Of a stretch of 64,000 nucleotides of DNA, positions 40,258 through 49,417 are shown one piece after another (position 1 is the stretch's first letter; each line of letters opens with the position of its first letter). The position numbers and the translations under genes are program-made. The stretch covers positions 1,280,001 through 1,344,000 of the forward strand of contig OZ244048.1 in the NCBI GenBank assembly GCA_965215265.1, given 5' to 3'. This stretch comes from Candidatus Poribacteria bacterium (GTDB lineage Bacteria > Poribacteria > WGA-4E > WGA-3G). Below the pieces are notes generated by a model. It had not been told where the DNA came from, ran no database searches, and was given only the letters and a program-made list of their open reading frames with translations.

Positions 40258-41526
40258 CTAAGCGGCGTTGACTCTGAGAATATCTGCGCCGATGTTGTTC
40301 AATTTTTTCTCAATTGCTTCGTAGCCCCGGTCAATGTGATAGACACGCGAGACTACGGTTTCGCCAACGGCAGCCATACCGGCAGCCACTAATACGGCAC
40401 CAGCCCGCAAGTCAGATGCCATGACAGGGGCACCACTGAGACGCGCGCCACCGTGAATCAGGGCGCGCCTGCCATCCAGCATGATATTCGCGCCCATGCG
40501 GTTCAACTCGGCTGCGTGTATGAACCTATCTGTGTGCACCTTTTCAGTGATGACGCTGGTGCCTGTTGCGAGGCAGAGGAGCCCCATTAACTGTGCCTGC
40601 ATATCGGTAGGGAACCCCGGAAACGGCGCGGTTGTCACATCAATCGCTCTGAATTCTCTGGGTGTTGTGACTCGTACACCCGAGTCGTCCCAATCCAATT
40701 CCACACCCGCCTCAATGAGTTTCTCCGCGACAGCGGGCAGCTGCTGCGGTGTGATGCCTTTGACATACACATCCCCGCGCGTAATTGCTGCAGCTGCCAT
40801 AAAGGTCCCTGCTTCAATATCGTCGGATATGACGGTGTGTTCGGTGCCGCGTAACTGTTTGACCCCGTGGATTGTAAGTACGGAAGAGCCGATGCCCTCA
40901 ATATTTGCACCCATCGCGTTGAGAAACCGGGCTAAATCGCTGATATGCGGCTCGCGTGCAGCACCGCGAATAACGGTGGTTCCCTCAGCCAAAGTCGCCG
41001 CCATCATTACGTTGGCCGTCGCACCGACACTCGGCCCGTATTGTCCAGTGAGGTACATTTCTGTTCCACGCAGCCGTTGCGCTTGCGCATAGATGTACCC
41101 CTTTTCCACCTGCACGTCTGTACCTAAGTTCTCCAAGCCGCGGATGTGCAAGTCTATCGGCCGGGGCCCAATCGCGCAGCCACCGGGGAATGAAACTTTG
41201 GCACGCCCGAGCTTTGCGACAAGCGGACCTAAGACATAGATGGACGCACGCATTTTCCGGACGAGCTCATAGGGCGCCTCATACTCCAGATGGTTCACCG
41301 GCTCAATATAGAGTGTCGATTTTTTTAGTTTCGTTGATGCCCCAAGACCTTCAAGCACTGCACATAGTGTTGCTACGTCTGTTAAATTTGGCACATTGTG
41401 AAGTACGCTGACACCATCCCCGAGAATCGCAGCCGCGACTGCGATAGGGAGCACAGCGTTTTTGCAACCGCTTACCGGAATTGTACCTTCAAGCCTTGTT
41501 GAACCCTTGACAATTAATTTTTCCAT
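40258..41526 (-). CDS. murA: UDP-N-acetylglucosamine 1-carboxyvinyltransferase
   Basis: KNAVLP, RKMRAS, PGGCAIGPRPIDLH, PGFPTDMQ, DLRAGA, IDRGY. Confidence 0.97.
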   Translation of the reverse strand: MEKLIVKGSTRLEGTIPVSGCKNAVLPIAVAAAILGDGVSVLHNVPNLTDVATLCAVLEGLGASTKLKKSTLYIEPVNHLEYEAPYELVRKMRASIYVLGPLVAKLGRAKVSFPGGCAIGPRPIDLHIRGLENLGTDVQVEKGYIYAQAQRLRGTEMYLTGQYGPSVGATANVMMAATLAEGTTVIRGAAREPHISDLARFLNAMGANIEGIGSSVLTIHGVKQLRGTEHTVISDDIEAGTFMAAAAITRGDVYVKGITPQQLPAVAEKLIEAGVELDWDDSGVRVTTPREFRAIDVTTAPFPGFPTDMQAQLMGLLCLATGTSVITEKVHTDRFIHAAELNRMGANIMLDGRRALIHGGARLSGAPVMASDLRAGAVLVAAGMAAVGETVVSRVYHIDRGYEAIEKKLNNIGADILRVNAA

Positions 41527-41711
41527 TTTTCATTCTCCTACGGATGCTTGCAATTTTAGACCACTATTGGTAAATCTTAACGACTAAAGATGGGGGCTTA
41601 CCAGAAATGAGTCTATTTCCTTGTGAAGAATCAGGAGCTGCCAACGAGATTTACTCCGCACTTACAGCAGCATAAAACATCATAGTACTGAGTTATTCTA
41701 AAAACCTCTAT

Positions 41712-41727
41712 TGCATAAACGATGCCA
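41712..41727 (-). promoter_or_regulatory. Putative sigma54 (-24/-12) promoter upstream of murA
   Basis: Minus strand reads TGGCATCGTTTATGCA (GG-N10-GC). Confidence 0.55.
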
Positions 41728-41780
41728 AACCTATCTTTGTTACAAATATAGTGGTACAAGGCACGTAAACATTTTCGGGT

Positions 41781-41798
41781 TGTGTCAAAATAGACACA
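41781..41798. promoter_or_regulatory. Palindromic operator / bEBP upstream activator site
   Basis: TGTGTC-AAAATA-GACACA, about 80-100 bp upstream of the predicted sigma54 start site. Confidence 0.5.
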
Positions 41799-41964
41799 TG
41801 TTATTTTACCATTCTTTTGAAATCACATTACCTCTTGTCTTAGTGGAAACGCGACAGCCCTTTTTTCGCTCGCTATCAAACAGATAAGCAGAATTCATTT
41901 GCACTAAATCGGAATCTTTGATAAAATCTAATTTCAATTTCTCTCATTTTATGAGGTAAAGCAG

Positions 41965-43017
41965 ATGGCAGACAAAACATATCGTATCGGAATTATCGGT
42001 TGTGGCGGTATGGGGCGTTCTCATGCCCGGAATTGGACAAGCACCGGCCGGGCAGAAGTTGTGACTGCATCAGACATCAGTGCTGATTCGGCTGCAAAAT
42101 TTGCTTCGGAGTTATCGCTTCCGACACACTATACTGATTTTAACGAGATGTGCGAGAAGGAAACGTTGGATATCGTGAGCATCACGACCTGGCAGAGCGT
42201 GCGTGCAGAGCCAACTATAGCGGCTGCCGAGAGCGGCGTTCTCGGTGTAATCACTGAAAAGCCGATGGCCGCATCGGTAGGTGATGCACAGGACATGATG
42301 GACGTTTGCGAGAAACATGGCACAAAACTTGTAGTTGGACATCAACGCCGGTTCAGCCCGCAAAACTGCGAGGCCCGCCGACTGATACAAGAAGGCGCAA
42401 TCGGCGAACCCCAAGCGATGCTCCGGCGAGATGGACACGGTTTACTGAATCGCGGCACGCACGAAATTGACGAGATGCGCTACATCCTTGGAGATCCAGA
42501 GCCGCTATGGCTCATCGGGCAGGTCGCACGCCGCACAGACCGGTGGGAACGGCGGGTCCGATGCGAAGATCTCTGCATGGCTGAAATCTGCTTTCAAGGC
42601 GGGATCCGCGGTATTTACGAAAGCGATTTGCCAGAGCCTGCACTGCGCGGGGATGTTGTTTACGGCAACGATGGGCAACTCCGCCGGGGTAGTGACGGCA
42701 CAATTGAACTGCTCAACAGCAAAGCATCTGGATGGCAATCGATTAAACCGCGCCAGAGTGAACCGAATCAGTTTGACGAGATGTTAGCCTGGATAGAAGG
42801 CGATATCGACGAACATCGGAACGCTGGCAAGCACGGACTCTGTACAATAGAAATTCTGATGGCGATTTATGAATCGCTTCGTATCAAAAATGTGGTGACG
42901 TTCCCACTAACGACGCGGCCGAATCCGCTGGATCTGTTGGTTGAAGGCGGAACCTTGCCGGTGTTTGTTGAGGGACGCTATGACATTCGCGCACCGTTCC
43001 CCGAACAGAAAAAGTAG
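41965..43017 (+). CDS. Gfo/Idh/MocA oxidoreductase
   Basis: IGCGGMG, EKPMA, GHQRRF, GTHEID. Confidence 0.88.
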   Translation: MADKTYRIGIIGCGGMGRSHARNWTSTGRAEVVTASDISADSAAKFASELSLPTHYTDFNEMCEKETLDIVSITTWQSVRAEPTIAAAESGVLGVITEKPMAASVGDAQDMMDVCEKHGTKLVVGHQRRFSPQNCEARRLIQEGAIGEPQAMLRRDGHGLLNRGTHEIDEMRYILGDPEPLWLIGQVARRTDRWERRVRCEDLCMAEICFQGGIRGIYESDLPEPALRGDVVYGNDGQLRRGSDGTIELLNSKASGWQSIKPRQSEPNQFDEMLAWIEGDIDEHRNAGKHGLCTIEILMAIYESLRIKNVVTFPLTTRPNPLDLLVEGGTLPVFVEGRYDIRAPFPEQKK

Positions 43018-43049
43018 CGGTGCCACAAATGATGAGATGCCCCCTTTAA

Positions 43050-43074
43050 GGGCAGGCTTCCGAGCCTGCCCTGC
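43050..43074. repeat. REP-like GC hairpin between convergent genes
   Basis: GGGCAGGCT-TCCG-AGCCTGCCC. Similar hairpins, some preceded by GTAG, occur near 30728-30759 and 51713-51742. Confidence 0.55.
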
Positions 43075-43477
43075 CTTTGCTGAATTGTTCCTAAACTTAG
43101 ACGCTAATCCGCTTTTAGCACGTCACCTCTTTTCCTTCGCTACCGTAAACCGCCATTCGTTCGGCGGTTGTTATCTCCTCGCAACTCCCAGGTTTGTAAT
43201 GAAACTGGAGCGCACGGCGACGGGCACTCGAATGGTTAAACGGGCTACCATAGTCATGCACCACTACCATGATGGTAACTTATGAGGTGACGTGCTAATG
43301 ATTTTCAGGAATATCCCCAAAGTTGTCTGAACCGCTCGCTTTTCTTAACCCCTAACTATACGAAAATTTTTGTCTACTGCAGCCCCATGAAGGTTGCTGT
43401 AATGTTCAATCCACTATAAATCTCGTCAAAGCCTTTTGATGTTTTGATTTTTAAAGACATTACCTAAGGAGTCTCCG

Positions 43478-43597
43478 ACGAGATTTACACACGAGTACTC
43501 ACGACATAAGCGTTGACGGTACGGAGAGATACGAAAAACGAGATTTACACAGGAGTTTCCAAAACATAACCCTTGATGGTACGGAGATATACAAAAA
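43478..43597. repeat. 60-bp tandem repeat (2 units); third diverged unit inverted at ~45974..46033
   Basis: Units begin ACGAGATTTACAC and share ACATAA.C.TTGA.GGTACGGAGA.ATAC.AAAA. Confidence 0.85.
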
Positions 43598-43947
43598 AGC
43601 GTACCAAATGATGCTTTTTGGGGAGATAAGATGTACAATTTGTCTCATCTAACATTTTTCACCTCTAAAACGACTTATTCCGTTATTTTTTGTTAAATGT
43701 GAAAAATCACGACGGTATTCACAGATTTTTAGGTACGCAGACAGAAAAATGAAAAAAAATTGTCCAAATTCCTAAAAATTCTGAAAAAAGTGCAAATTAG
43801 GTATAAACTTTTTTGATCTCATCTTTATACATAACTATAGAACAGAAAAAAGAAAAGACATTCGTATTGTGATTTAGTTGTTGTTTACACAAAAGTGGAA
43901 GATGTGGTAAACTCACCCATGTCTTTCGTAAACGAAGGAGGTTTCTG

Positions 43948-44490
43948 ATGAACCGTTTCTTTTCTTACGCGATACTTTTTATCGCCATGCTCTGTGTAGG
44001 GCTGAGTTTTGTCTCAACGCACACCGAAGCCGCACTTGACATTCATTCAGGTTATGCTAACGACGTGCTCTCTCCGCAAGGTGACGAGCTGCCCTATACT
44101 TACGGTGAAGCCGTGGTAGAGAGTATGTGGACGAGTGGGCGTTGGGCGTATAGCACACACTCTATCTTCATCGGCAACTACGCTGGAGGCCCGTTTGGCC
44201 CACAAGATATTGACTTTGATGTTACCTACGTCTGCGAAATCAGGGGTACTAATCGTTTGGAGAGAGTTTTCGAGCAGTCGGTAAAAATCTTAGCGCCTTA
44301 CTATGACGTTGGTTGGGTAGATGCAACCTGGTCCGACAGCAACCGACAACTGTCTGTGCGGCGGGATGGGCTCCCTAATGAAGAGTACACTTTTGCCGCG
44401 TATACCGAACTTGATGCGAGAGATGCCGCTCGCGTTCGGGATTCAGCGACATGGCGGGCAGAATATTTAATCATAATTAATCCGTTTTGA
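43948..44490 (+). CDS. Secreted hypothetical protein
   Basis: AAGGAGG RBS, signal peptide ending TEAA, 180 aa rich in aromatic residues. Confidence 0.75.
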   Translation: MNRFFSYAILFIAMLCVGLSFVSTHTEAALDIHSGYANDVLSPQGDELPYTYGEAVVESMWTSGRWAYSTHSIFIGNYAGGPFGPQDIDFDVTYVCEIRGTNRLERVFEQSVKILAPYYDVGWVDATWSDSNRQLSVRRDGLPNEEYTFAAYTELDARDAARVRDSATWRAEYLIIINPF

Positions 44491-44553
44491 TGCCTTGAGA
44501 TGCCACACTTGAGGGGGAGCTCGCTCCCCCTCTCACCGCATAAGGAGATTCGT

Positions 44554-45576
44554 ATGAAACTTTTTTTCGCCCTGATGTTCGTGTTGCTTTTTGCTGCAAC
44601 CGCATCTCCAAAAATTGTGTTTTATTCCGAGCGTGATGGCAATAAAGAAATTTACATCATGAATGATGATGGCAGCCACCTTCGCAGAGTCACGGACAAT
44701 CCCGCGGCAGATCTCCGTCCCTTATGGGCACCAGATGGACAGACCATCGCATTCCAGCGCGGTAGCTACACACCGGACGGTAGACAAGTCTCAGATCTTA
44801 TCCTCATCAACCCAGACGGTAGCAACGAGAGAACTTTAGTAAACAACGATGAAGCGTTTTCGTCTGTGTATCCCGCTTTTTTCATGCGAGAGGGAAGGGA
44901 ACTTGCAATTGCCAGATGGGACCTGAACGCGCTCACTTTACGGCTTTTCTTCATGGATGTTGAAAGTGGTGTGACACGCCCACTCCGAGGCGTTGAGGAT
45001 ATAACAGATGCAGACATCTCCCCAGATGGCCGTTTCATCGCCTTTTCAAAGACACCGAGCTTTGAAAAGAACATCCACCTCGTCGCACCAGATGGACGCG
45101 GAGAGAAACCCCTCCTGCCACCTAATGCAGACCCCGATGTCCTACTCCTTCGCTTCTCTCCGCGCTGGGCACCGGATAGTAAACGCCTGATGTTTGTTGA
45201 AGAATGGCTTGATATTGTAGAGAAGGAAAACGAAGAGGGCCCTTTTATTGACTTTGTTGTCACAGAAAACAACCTGCTCATCTACCACATTGGCTCGGAA
45301 AAGACAGAACGCTTGCCGCTCCCACACGGGTTTCGCACGGCGACATCTTGTTGGATGAACAATAACCAGATTCTCTTTGCCGCAGATACCACAGGTTTGA
45401 TAACTAAAGTGCATGGCAACTACGACATTTACCACTACAACCTTACAAGTAGAACGCTGACGCAGCTCACCACACATACTGCAGCAGACAAGTCTCCTCG
45501 ATGGATAGCCGGCACGCTTGAGGTGTCTGCAAAACAAAAAAAAACAACGCAGTGGGGAAAAGTGAAGGCCGACTAG
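44554..45576 (+). CDS. TolB-like (PD40 beta-propeller) secreted protein
   Basis: AAGGAG RBS before MKLFF; KIVFYSERDGNKEIYIMNDDGS, WAPDG, SPDG repeats; tail VSAKQKKTTQWGKVKAD. Confidence 0.85.
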   Translation: MKLFFALMFVLLFAATASPKIVFYSERDGNKEIYIMNDDGSHLRRVTDNPAADLRPLWAPDGQTIAFQRGSYTPDGRQVSDLILINPDGSNERTLVNNDEAFSSVYPAFFMREGRELAIARWDLNALTLRLFFMDVESGVTRPLRGVEDITDADISPDGRFIAFSKTPSFEKNIHLVAPDGRGEKPLLPPNADPDVLLLRFSPRWAPDSKRLMFVEEWLDIVEKENEEGPFIDFVVTENNLLIYHIGSEKTERLPLPHGFRTATSCWMNNNQILFAADTTGLITKVHGNYDIYHYNLTSRTLTQLTTHTAADKSPRWIAGTLEVSAKQKKTTQWGKVKAD

Positions 45577-45584
45577 ATTGATAG

Positions 45585-45683
45585 ATGAAGAGTACACTTT
45601 TGCCGCTCGCGTTTCGGATTCAGCGACGTGGCGGGCAGAATATTTAATCATAATTAATCCGTTTTGATGCCTTGAGATGCCAC
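45585..45683. repeat. Direct-repeat copy of 44378..44506 (3' end of the 43948 gene) with a 30-bp internal deletion
   Basis: ATGAAGAGTACACTTTTGCCGC|TCGCGT...GAGATGCCAC; the deletion lies between TGCCGC micro-homologies. Confidence 0.9.
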
Positions 45684-45960
45684 TCGTTTTTTAAGAGCAC
45701 CGCGCCGGTGCTCAGAAACAGCAGTATGTTCAGAAAAATCAAGTAGGCCAAATCCGAGAAAGTACCGCCGATAGCGGCGTTTCCCCACGCAGTGCCACTG
45801 GTAAAGACAGGCATGCCACTTAAGTCCAGCGGTTCCACGTCACTCCAATTTTTCGGTGTGATGTTTGCTATAAAGGCATCTTCGTCTGACTTTACGAATC
45901 CAGCTTGTGAGGGCATATCGTTGATATTGACTCGCGTGAACCAGTTGCTACTTGAGAACG
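45644..45960 (-). pseudogene. C-terminal fragment of an ABC-2-type permease-like membrane protein
   Basis: PLDLSGMPVF...DLAYLIFLNILLFLSTGAVLL tail with no N-terminal part; abuts the right inverted repeat. Confidence 0.45.
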
Positions 45961-46212
45961 CCCCTTGTTCCTGCTTTTTGTATATTTCAGCCCCATCAAC
46001 GCTTAGGTATTGACAGCCCGTGTGAAAATCTCGTCGGAGACTCCTTAGGGAATGTCTTTAAAAATCAAAACATCAAAGGCTTTGACGAGATTTATAGTGG
46101 ATTGAACATTACAGCAACCTTCATGGGGCTGCAGTAGACAAAAATTTTCGTATAGTTAGGGGTTAAGAAAAGCGAGCGGTTCAGACAACTTTGGGGATAT
46201 TCCTGAAAATCA

Positions 46213-47072
46213 TTAGCACGTCACCTCTTTTCCTTCGCTACCGTAAACCGCCATTCGTTCGGCGGTTGTTATCTCCTCGCAACTCCCAGGTTTGTAATGA
46301 AACTGGAGCGCACGGCGACGGGCACTCGAACGGTTAACCGGACTGCCATGATGGAGTAAGCCGTGCCAGAAGAGACAGCCACCCGGTTTGAGAGGCACCA
46401 TCGTATCGCGTGCAACTGGGACATCTGTATCGCAAATCTGCCAATCGCGCCGTTTGAAATGAATCCTGGGACCCTCATTATGAGAACCCGGGATGATGTG
46501 CAGGCAGCCGTTTTCAGGCGTGGCTTCGTCAAGCGCTACCCACACCCCTACGACTGTCGTGCCGAAAGGGACATTAAAATAGGCACAATCCTGATGCCAC
46601 GGCTTTTCAGAACCGAATCGTGGCGGTTTCACTAACGCCATATCCTGGAAAAGTTCAGGTGCCTCGCCCATCATTTGTTCAAGGGTACGAAGCAGTCCTG
46701 CATGTGCTGCCATGGCGTTCAAGCGAGTTCATGATCAACAAATCGGAAAATTTTTCGGATTGCATCCCGACGTTCATCAGGGGCCATCTCGTTTTTACGT
46801 TTGGCGAGAGACGGTTCAAATTGGATTGCCCGGAAATCAGGACAGTTTCCATCCATCAGATAAACCATACCAGCCAAAGCGTCATCAACTTCCTTTTCAC
46901 TAAAGGCATCGTGGATGACGAGATAGCCGTGCTGATGGAAGTGTTGGATGTCAGCCTCGGTTACGGCTGAAAATCCACCACGCATCCCTTCTGCTACTGT
47001 ATCAAATCTATAAAGTTCCGCAGGATAAGGGATGGCTGATGTACTCTGTTCGCTTGCTGCTTCGGAATTCAT
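46213..47072 (-). CDS. Phytanoyl-CoA dioxygenase family protein, frameshifted near 46727
   Basis: ORFs 46719..47123 and 46213..46722 join if one base is added (VDHE[P]RLNAMA); KPWHQD, NGCL..IPGSH, LHHGS; ~286 aa. Confidence 0.82.
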
Positions 47073-47303
47073 AAAATACCTCCCAGTGGATTGTGAGTAA
47101 AAGGGAAGGGAAGTTCTCCCCACAAGCAGGGAGGAATCCCCTTTCTTTTCTGTCCTGACGGACAGAAAAAAAATACCTATCTTGCAACTTTCGGCTGTGT
47201 TAGTGATACTGCCAATGAATCAAGACGGAATGCGCGTATGGCATTCGACTCACCTGAATTTTGGTGTCGCTATCTTACTGACTCAACATTATAAGCTGCA
47301 TCC

Positions 47304-48317
47304 TTAGATCTCACCCCGGCTCTCCTGTTCAAGCAGGTCTAAGAAATCGTTAACGCGGTTAATAGCTGCTTGGGCACGTTCGCGGGCCGATTGACTTTTC
47401 TCTTCTTCCGACAGCCAGCACCGTCGTTGCGGAAGCCATTCCGTTTTTAGAGAACTAAGTTGATTTAGAAAATGCGGGTCCGCTGTCTCACTAACAAAAT
47501 ACTCTATCACACCGAGTAACCCGTACTTCCGATTTACCTCCATATCCTCTAATTCACCTACCATGTGGGCAAAGAGTTGTTGATTCCTATCCTGTCTTGC
47601 TTGTGCAACCTCACGTGAGGAAGCGGTAAGCAGTTTATCTACAAATTCCTGCTTAGAGTTAATCCACCTCGGTAGGTTCCTGACGTAGTCTTCCAAATCG
47701 AAATGCCCCCGCTGCAGCGCGAAGTGAGCATGGATATGAATGTTACGGAAGAACGCCGTATATCCAACATTTGGATCCATGGTATCCGCATCATAGAGAA
47801 TTTGATTCTCAATGTTCCCATATAGAAGTTTAAAATCTTCGGCAGTCAGATTCATCGGTTTTAGATGGGCCAACACAACGGCTGTTGCGGCTTCCACGAA
47901 CTCGCGCTCAAAGTCGTACATCGCCAATATATTTTCCGTAATCACAGCACCGGACTCATGATGCACTTTTCCATGGAGGTTGTGCTTATTGTACAGTTCA
48001 GTAACGACGTTCTGTCCACTTGGAGTGAGCACCTCGTTTAACCAGAAGCCGTTGTGGTCCAAAATCCGCTTGCCGTTGTCGTCTGTTAAGATGACACCGT
48101 CGTAACGTTTGGTGATGTCATGTAACGTCCCAGCGACTTCAAGTAACTTGACATCACCACCCTCACGTTTTCCCAGTTCCATGCTCAGCGCACGGACGCG
48201 GAGCGTGTGGTTCCAGGTATAGTGCCGCCATTGAAAGCCGACGCGGTTGTGTTCCCAGAGTTCAAACGTTTCATTCACTAAGGTTTCCAATTCATTCAAA
48301 ACTTGAGCGTAGTTCAT
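47304..48317 (-). CDS. HD-domain protein
   Basis: WNHTLRV, LHDITK, HHESG, LYDAD. Confidence 0.8.
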   Translation of the reverse strand: MNYAQVLNELETLVNETFELWEHNRVGFQWRHYTWNHTLRVRALSMELGKREGGDVKLLEVAGTLHDITKRYDGVILTDDNGKRILDHNGFWLNEVLTPSGQNVVTELYNKHNLHGKVHHESGAVITENILAMYDFEREFVEAATAVVLAHLKPMNLTAEDFKLLYGNIENQILYDADTMDPNVGYTAFFRNIHIHAHFALQRGHFDLEDYVRNLPRWINSKQEFVDKLLTASSREVAQARQDRNQQLFAHMVGELEDMEVNRKYGLLGVIEYFVSETADPHFLNQLSSLKTEWLPQRRCWLSEEEKSQSARERAQAAINRVNDFLDLLEQESRGEI

Positions 48318-48455
48318 ATTTGAATGTTTTTAACCTCCTGTTTTCAGAGACTTTCTCGCCGTTGTCGTATTTTTAAGCACCTTTGCTAAGCGGTAATTGC
48401 CGCAGTTCTCCTATTAGCGATTTCGAGTCTTGAAGTTAGGCGAACCTCAGCCAAT

Positions 48456-49247
48456 TCATGGCTTATTGCCGTATGTGACGCGAATGAGTGACAACCCGTG
48501 CGCAGGTACCGACGGCCCAGCCGCTGCCCGATCCTTTGCTTTGATGATCCGACGGAGCTCCGCTGGCACGTTTTCGCAATTCACATATTTGAGTATCGTG
48601 CCGACAATAGCCCGAACCATCCCTCTCAGAAAGGAGTCTGCCTCAATTTCAAAATAGACGTGTTCGCCTGCCTTCCAGCAAGCTGCCTCATAAATTTCAC
48701 ACATAGGATTTAAACGATCGCTTCCAGTTCTTCGGAAAGCGGAAAAATCCTGTTTGCCTACAAGGTTTGCGCACAGAGCGTCAGCTCGCGAAATATCAAT
48801 AGTTTGTGCCGGATAGAAGTAACACCTATGGCGCGACAGTGCGGACGGATACGCACGATTCAAAATTGTATACCGATACCGCCGGCTTGTCGCACTGAAA
48901 CGAGCGTGAAAGTCCGACGGCACCTCCGTTGCTGCAAGGATAACTATATCCCTTGGCAGAATAGTATTGAGCCCTTTCTGAAAAGCGACAAGAGGTATCT
49001 CCGGTCTCGCATCTATTTTTTCTTTCTCACTCCCCACAGTAGTCTGTGCTAGATGGAAGTTAGCAACTTGCCCTTCAGCGTGAACACCTGTATCAGTCCT
49101 ACCAGCCCCAATAATTTGGACACGCGTTTTGGTTAACTTGCTCAGCGCATCCTCAACGGTGCCTTGAATTGTTGGCTGGTTAGGTTGTTTCTGCCATCCG
49201 TGATAATTGGTTCCGTCATATTCAAGTACCAGTTTGATGTTCCGCAT
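48456..49247 (-). CDS. truA: tRNA pseudouridine(38-40) synthase
   Basis: YDGTNYHGWQ, AGRTDTGVHA, FHARF, FLRGMVRAIVG. Confidence 0.96.
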   Translation of the reverse strand: MRNIKLVLEYDGTNYHGWQKQPNQPTIQGTVEDALSKLTKTRVQIIGAGRTDTGVHAEGQVANFHLAQTTVGSEKEKIDARPEIPLVAFQKGLNTILPRDIVILAATEVPSDFHARFSATSRRYRYTILNRAYPSALSRHRCYFYPAQTIDISRADALCANLVGKQDFSAFRRTGSDRLNPMCEIYEAACWKAGEHVYFEIEADSFLRGMVRAIVGTILKYVNCENVPAELRRIIKAKDRAAAGPSVPAHGLSLIRVTYGNKP

Positions 49248-49417
49248 TTTTTATCGATACGCAGTTTATCACATTCAGCATTCAGTGTCAAGTTTTTTCG
49301 GAATCAAAAAAGTGCCCGTGGTGTGCGAATTGGGCTATCGCGAAGGTTCAAATTTGAGTGGCTATGAAAAACTAACGGATTCGGTATCTTAATTGCCCCT
49401 CTGTTAGGGGCACTATC

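Larger units (their letters stand above)
43284..46227. repeat. Long inverted repeats 43284..43493 and 46019..46227
   Basis: Reverse-complement match of ~210 bp with only 2 substitutions and 1 indel; weaker similarity continues ~45 bp inward. Confidence 0.92.
43115..46330. mobile_element. Integrase-less genomic islet at the 3' end of a phyH-like gene
   Basis: 118-bp perfect direct repeat 43115..43232 = 46213..46330 (phyH 3' end), ~210-bp inverted repeats, cargo of two secreted-protein genes and a permease fragment. No recombinase gene inside. Confidence 0.7.

Noticed and set aside
43478-43597. Possible CRISPR or integron attC array
   Set aside because: The units are similar along their whole length with no unique spacers, attC RYYYAAC/GTTRRRY ends were not evident, and there is no integrase.
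43115-46349. DGR template/variable repeat pair (also 44378 vs 45585)
   Set aside because: The 118-bp copies are identical, the few mismatches nearby are not restricted to adenines, and there is no reverse transcriptase in the window.
47146-47170. Intrinsic terminator TTTTCTGTCC-TGAC-GGACAGAAAA
   Set aside because: The hairpin is real, but the U-tract precedes rather than follows the stem on both strands.
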